This document shows, piece after piece, positions 60,427-64,000 of a DNA stretch of 64,000 nt (positions are counted from its first letter, which is position 1; each line of letters starts with the position of its first letter). Under the pieces are notes generated by a model, which saw only the letters and a program-made list of their open reading frames with translations, did no database searches and was not told the DNA's origin. This stretch comes from an uncultured Gemmatimonadales bacterium (GTDB taxonomy: Bacteria; Gemmatimonadota; Gemmatimonadetes; Gemmatimonadales; GWC2-71-9). Location: NCBI GenBank assembly GCA_963695555.1, contig CAVOGR010000002.1, forward strand, positions 96,001-160,000. Direction: 5' to 3'. The position numbers were made by a program, and so were the translations under genes.

Positions 60427-62662
60427 AGCGCTCAGCGCGGTGCGGAGCCCACTTCAGACCGGCCTGCGTTGCCCCCCACCGGCATCCCCGGGATCGGTGG
60501 CCCGGGCTCTTGCGCAAAGCCTGGCACCGGGAGAGTCCGGCGAAACCCCTCCCGACTGGTTGCGCCCAGGGCAGTTGGCATCATTTCGACGCATCGCCTA
60601 CGCCGTCGACCGATATCATGGTGCCATTCTGGCCGATCCGGTGGGCACCGGCAAGACGTACATCGCACTCGCGGTTGCCCGGAATCGCTGCCGGGACGTC
60701 CCCACGGTGTGCATCGTCCCGCCAGCTTTGGCCGAGCAATGGGAGCGGGTGGCTCAGGCGCTCGATATGCCCGTCGTCGTCTGGTCCCACGCCAGAGTAA
60801 GTCGAGGCATACTCCCGCCGCCGAGCGGGCCACTCGTCCTCATTGACGAGAGCCATCACTTCCGGAATCGCGCCATCCGGAGGTACGAACACTTAGCTCC
60901 ATGGATCGCGGGTCGGCGGGCCATTCTCATTTCGGCGACTCCGGTCGTCAACAAGCTCACCGACCTGGCCAACCAACTTCGTCTCGTCGTTCGAGATACC
61001 GCCCTCATCGACCATGGTCTGCCATCCATTGCCCAGGCGCTTCGCTATGGGCATGCGCACCCAGCCCTGGTGCATCTCACCATCCGCGGCGATAACGGTC
61101 AGACTCTCCGCCCCTCTCGCCGTGACAAATCCGTACACACTTGCCGCGGCTCGAGCGAGCTCGAGCCGCTTCTCGCAGTAGTAGATGGCCTCAAGCACTC
61201 GACCAACCCTTCGATCCATGCCCTCATTCGATCGGTGTTCTGGCGAGCGGCCGCCTCGAGTCCGGCGGCGTTGTTAGGCTGCGCCAAACGCTATCAGCGG
61301 CTGTTGCACCACGCACGGGATGCTCGCGCAAGCGGCCGCGCGATGAGTCGATCTGCCCTCCACTGGTTCACTGCCGGAGCCGAAGACCAACTCGTCTTCT
61401 GGCCACTCATCACGGACGGGGAGTCGGCGACCGATCTGGATCTCACGGACTTGGTCAAGTTGGATACCCTGATCCCCGCTATACGGGCACAGGCCGAGGT
61501 CCCTGATGCCAAATGCCGGGCACTGCGAACAGTCCTGTCGGACAAACGACCCACGCTGGTGTTTGCGACGTCCGAAGATACGATCGCCTACCTCCGCAGA
61601 CAGCTCGCCATTTCCAACCTTGCGTGGTGCACCGGGAGATGTTCGGGTATCGGTTCCACACCGCTACCACGACACGCTGTGCTCGACTGGTTCCGTCCCG
61701 AACCGCGGCGACGGGCACTGCAGGTCCGACCGCCGTATGTCCTGCTCTCCACGGACGTCGCCGCGGAGGGGCTGGACCTGCAAGCCGCGGCACGAGTGGT
61801 ACACTACGACCTACCATGGACCGCCGTACGTCTGACGCAACGGGACGGGCGGGTTCTCCGCCTCGGCTCCAACCACGGACAAGTAGAAATCATTTCCTTC
61901 CCGCTGCCTAGCGTGCTAGACAGGCGGCTTCGGCAGCACCGCAGATTGGACGAGAAGCGCCGGTTGCCGGTCCGCCTTGGCTTGGCGGGACAACCGGTGG
62001 AGAGTTGGCGGTGGCGTGTGGAGCTGGCACAACTGCTGGGCCTTGGAGCGGCGACTGCCGGGTGCGCCCGAGTATCGTGTTCCCCGCGGGGTCTCTTAGC
62101 AGGCTTTTCGGTGTTTGGCCACCGGGTGGCCGACGACGAGGCATCCACCGACGAGGATGCCCGCGTTCGACTCCTGAGCACGGTTGTATGGATGGGGAAT
62201 AGGCAGCGCGTTACCTCCGATCCCATGGTCATAACGCGCAAACTTCTGTTGGCTGCGTCATGCAGCCGTCTCCCCGTATTTCCCTCGGAAATCCGCCGGG
62301 CGATGGGCGCGCTCGCTCCAGTCATTCAGCACCGGATGCGGAAATTGAGACGGGCACGATGGACCGGGCGGCGGTTTACCCATCACCAACAACGGGTTAT
62401 CCATCGCCTGCAGGCCTTGGCCGCGCGCGTTGCCCGTCAGCGAAACCCGGAACGACTCGGCGTCATCGAACACGCACTACAGTTCGTCCGGGGCGGGCAC
62501 ACCGCTGGAGAACAGATGCTAATGGAGACCCTGGCACGGCAGTCCGACGAGGCCTTAATGAGCAGCCTGGCCACGCTGCCCCGCGGCGATGCCGTGATCG
62601 GGGCCCTGGAGGCACGAGTCAACGGGCTCATCGTATTCGACGGCAATCGCGCCAAGGAGTGA
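60389..62662 (+). CDS. SNF2-like SF2 helicase/ATPase
   Basis: ADPVGTGKT, LIDESHHFRN, SATPVVN, LVFA, STDVAAEGLDLQ, HYDLPW...QRDGRVLR; overlaps MTase 3' end; start uncertain. Confidence 0.85.
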   Translation: MVWSNVPPTIVAEALSAVRSPLQTGLRCPPPASPGSVARALAQSLAPGESGETPPDWLRPGQLASFRRIAYAVDRYHGAILADPVGTGKTYIALAVARNRCRDVPTVCIVPPALAEQWERVAQALDMPVVVWSHARVSRGILPPPSGPLVLIDESHHFRNRAIRRYEHLAPWIAGRRAILISATPVVNKLTDLANQLRLVVRDTALIDHGLPSIAQALRYGHAHPALVHLTIRGDNGQTLRPSRRDKSVHTCRGSSELEPLLAVVDGLKHSTNPSIHALIRSVFWRAAASSPAALLGCAKRYQRLLHHARDARASGRAMSRSALHWFTAGAEDQLVFWPLITDGESATDLDLTDLVKLDTLIPAIRAQAEVPDAKCRALRTVLSDKRPTLVFATSEDTIAYLRRQLAISNLAWCTGRCSGIGSTPLPRHAVLDWFRPEPRRRALQVRPPYVLLSTDVAAEGLDLQAAARVVHYDLPWTAVRLTQRDGRVLRLGSNHGQVEIISFPLPSVLDRRLRQHRRLDEKRRLPVRLGLAGQPVESWRWRVELAQLLGLGAATAGCARVSCSPRGLLAGFSVFGHRVADDEASTDEDARVRLLSTVVWMGNRQRVTSDPMVITRKLLLAASCSRLPVFPSEIRRAMGALAPVIQHRMRKLRRARWTGRRFTHHQQRVIHRLQALAARVARQRNPERLGVIEHALQFVRGGHTAGEQMLMETLARQSDEALMSSLATLPRGDAVIGALEARVNGLIVFDGNRAKE

Positions 62663-62692
62663 GATGAACTCGTTGGGCCGAGCCCCTACCGG

Positions 62693-63313
62693 TCAGACGT
62701 TCTTGACGGCCACGACCTGAACGACCGCGCTCAACCCGGTATGAGACCTCCCTTCCACTACGTCACGTTCGAGTTCCCGCGCATGGACGAATGTCAGTCC
62801 TTCCAGCTCGCGTTCCAACTCGGCGAGTGACATCATGAGGTCTGCAGTCGGCGGGCCGCCAGTGGAACGATGGAGTTGCGCGGGCGTGTACGCTTCCAAC
62901 ACGAAGACTCCGCCCGGCGTGAGGCCCTGCACGACATCGCTATGGACCCGTGCACGGAGCGCCCGCGGAAGATGGCAGAAGATCGAGATAATGCCGTTCC
63001 AGGCTTCGGGTTCGATCACATAGCCGCCGAGATCCGACACCACCGTGGTAATTCGAACTCCCCGCTCCGCGGCCAGCTTGCGAGCCTTGGCCAACCCGAC
63101 CCGCGAACCATCCACCCCAACGACATCGTGGCCCCGGGTGGCGAGGTACACAGCGTTTCGTCCTTCGCCCTCGCCGAGCGAGAGGATTCGCCCTTTGGGG
63201 AGTCGATCGGCCACGGAGACGAGAAAGGCATTGGGTGCGGTGCCGTACGCAGACCCGGGTTTGCCGTATCGCTCGTCCCACATCGCCTGATCGTACCGCG
63301 GCCGATCGACCAT
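62693..63313 (-). CDS. Class I SAM-dependent methyltransferase (TehB-like)
   Basis: WDERY..YGTAPN, LGEGEGRNAVYLA, TGGP. Confidence 0.9.
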   Translation of the reverse strand: MVDRPRYDQAMWDERYGKPGSAYGTAPNAFLVSVADRLPKGRILSLGEGEGRNAVYLATRGHDVVGVDGSRVGLAKARKLAAERGVRITTVVSDLGGYVIEPEAWNGIISIFCHLPRALRARVHSDVVQGLTPGGVFVLEAYTPAQLHRSTGGPPTADLMMSLAELERELEGLTFVHARELERDVVEGRSHTGLSAVVQVVAVKNV

Positions 63314-64000
63314 CAGGTGCCGACCGTCCATGTTCCGTCGACCAGGCGAAGCAGTCCGCGTGTCGTATCATGCAATTCCACAGGCAGACGCTGCTCGGGA
63401 AAGTCCTGATAACACACGGGTCTGGTGAACCGGCGAATTGCCATTGTGCCGACCGAGGTGCTGCGGGGATCGGTCGTTGCAGGGTACGGACCGCCATGGA
63501 CCATGGCGTGGCACACCTCCACCCCGGTCGGGAAGCCACCGAACAGGACCCGTCCCGCCTTCTGCTCCAGCACCGGGAGCACCACGTCCAGGTCGGCGGC
63601 ATCGGCCGGTACGGCGTGAACCGTCGCCGTGAGCTGTCCGGGAAGATGTCGGGCGATGTCCAGAATTTCGGCAATAGTGTCGCAGCGCACGACCAGCGTG
63701 CTTGGTCCGAACACCTCGCCCTGGAGCGGCGGCTTCCGCAGGAACACAGCGCCGTCGGTAACCAGCAGCGCCGGCCGTGCGCCACAGGCAGCGCTGCCCG
63801 AACCTCCCTTCACCACCGTTTCGACGCCGTCGACAGCGGCGATCTCCGAGAGGCGCCGGTCGTAGCCCTGCCGAATGCCAGCATGGAGCATGGTTCCTTC
63901 GGCCACCTGCTCGAGTGCTCGGGCGAGGTCCCGAACGAACGCAGTCGCAGGCGCGCCCTTCGGAACGATCACCAGGCCGGGATTGGTACAGAATTGGCCC
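63313..64000 (-). CDS. NADP-dependent aldehyde dehydrogenase (alpha-ketoglutaric semialdehyde dehydrogenase type), 5' part outside the window
   Basis: GQFCTNPG, EVFGP, GQLTATVH, GFPTGVEVCHAMVHGGPYPATTD. Confidence 0.88.
   Translation of the reverse strand, partial: GQFCTNPGLVIVPKGAPATAFVRDLARALEQVAEGTMLHAGIRQGYDRRLSEIAAVDGVETVVKGGSGSAACGARPALLVTDGAVFLRKPPLQGEVFGPSTLVVRCDTIAEILDIARHLPGQLTATVHAVPADAADLDVVLPVLEQKAGRVLFGGFPTGVEVCHAMVHGGPYPATTDPRSTSVGTMAIRRFTRPVCYQDFPEQRLPVELHDTTRGLLRLVDGTWTVGT

Noticed and set aside
57370..62662. BREX or DISARM system
   Set aside because: No pglZ/brxC/brxL or drmA/B/C companions in the window

Overview
GC-rich bacterial chromosomal window; gene content and style suggest Gemmatimonadota (inference). 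It holds about 60 CDS and two tRNA genes (Gln-CTG, Ala-CGC). I see no CRISPR array, rRNA, transposase or integrase. Much is housekeeping or envelope: mlaEFD, rnz, nadE, crcB, mutY, two glutamate dehydrogenases, feoB with two DtxR-family genes, aldB-DUF779, and an ECF sigma/anti-sigma locus. The best candidate for an undescribed system is a six-gene operon at 4093-12099. It joins fungal-type homoaconitase (Lys4-like) and homoisocitrate dehydrogenase (Lys12-like) to a PrpD-family dehydratase, an HD-variant protein and a citrate-lyase-like complex. In that complex the acyl-carrier domain is fused to the beta subunit and appears to lack the prosthetic-group serine, and no citC/G/X or homocitrate synthase gene is in the window. 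This suggests a CoA-dependent homocitrate lyase/synthase pathway. Other signals: an apparently nuclease-less N6-adenine MTase + SNF2 helicase pair, inverted and duplicated tRNA-Gln 3' fragments next to a small islet, dispersed heptamer repeats in many intergenic regions, several readable promoters/operators, and five frameshifts that are most likely sequencing errors.
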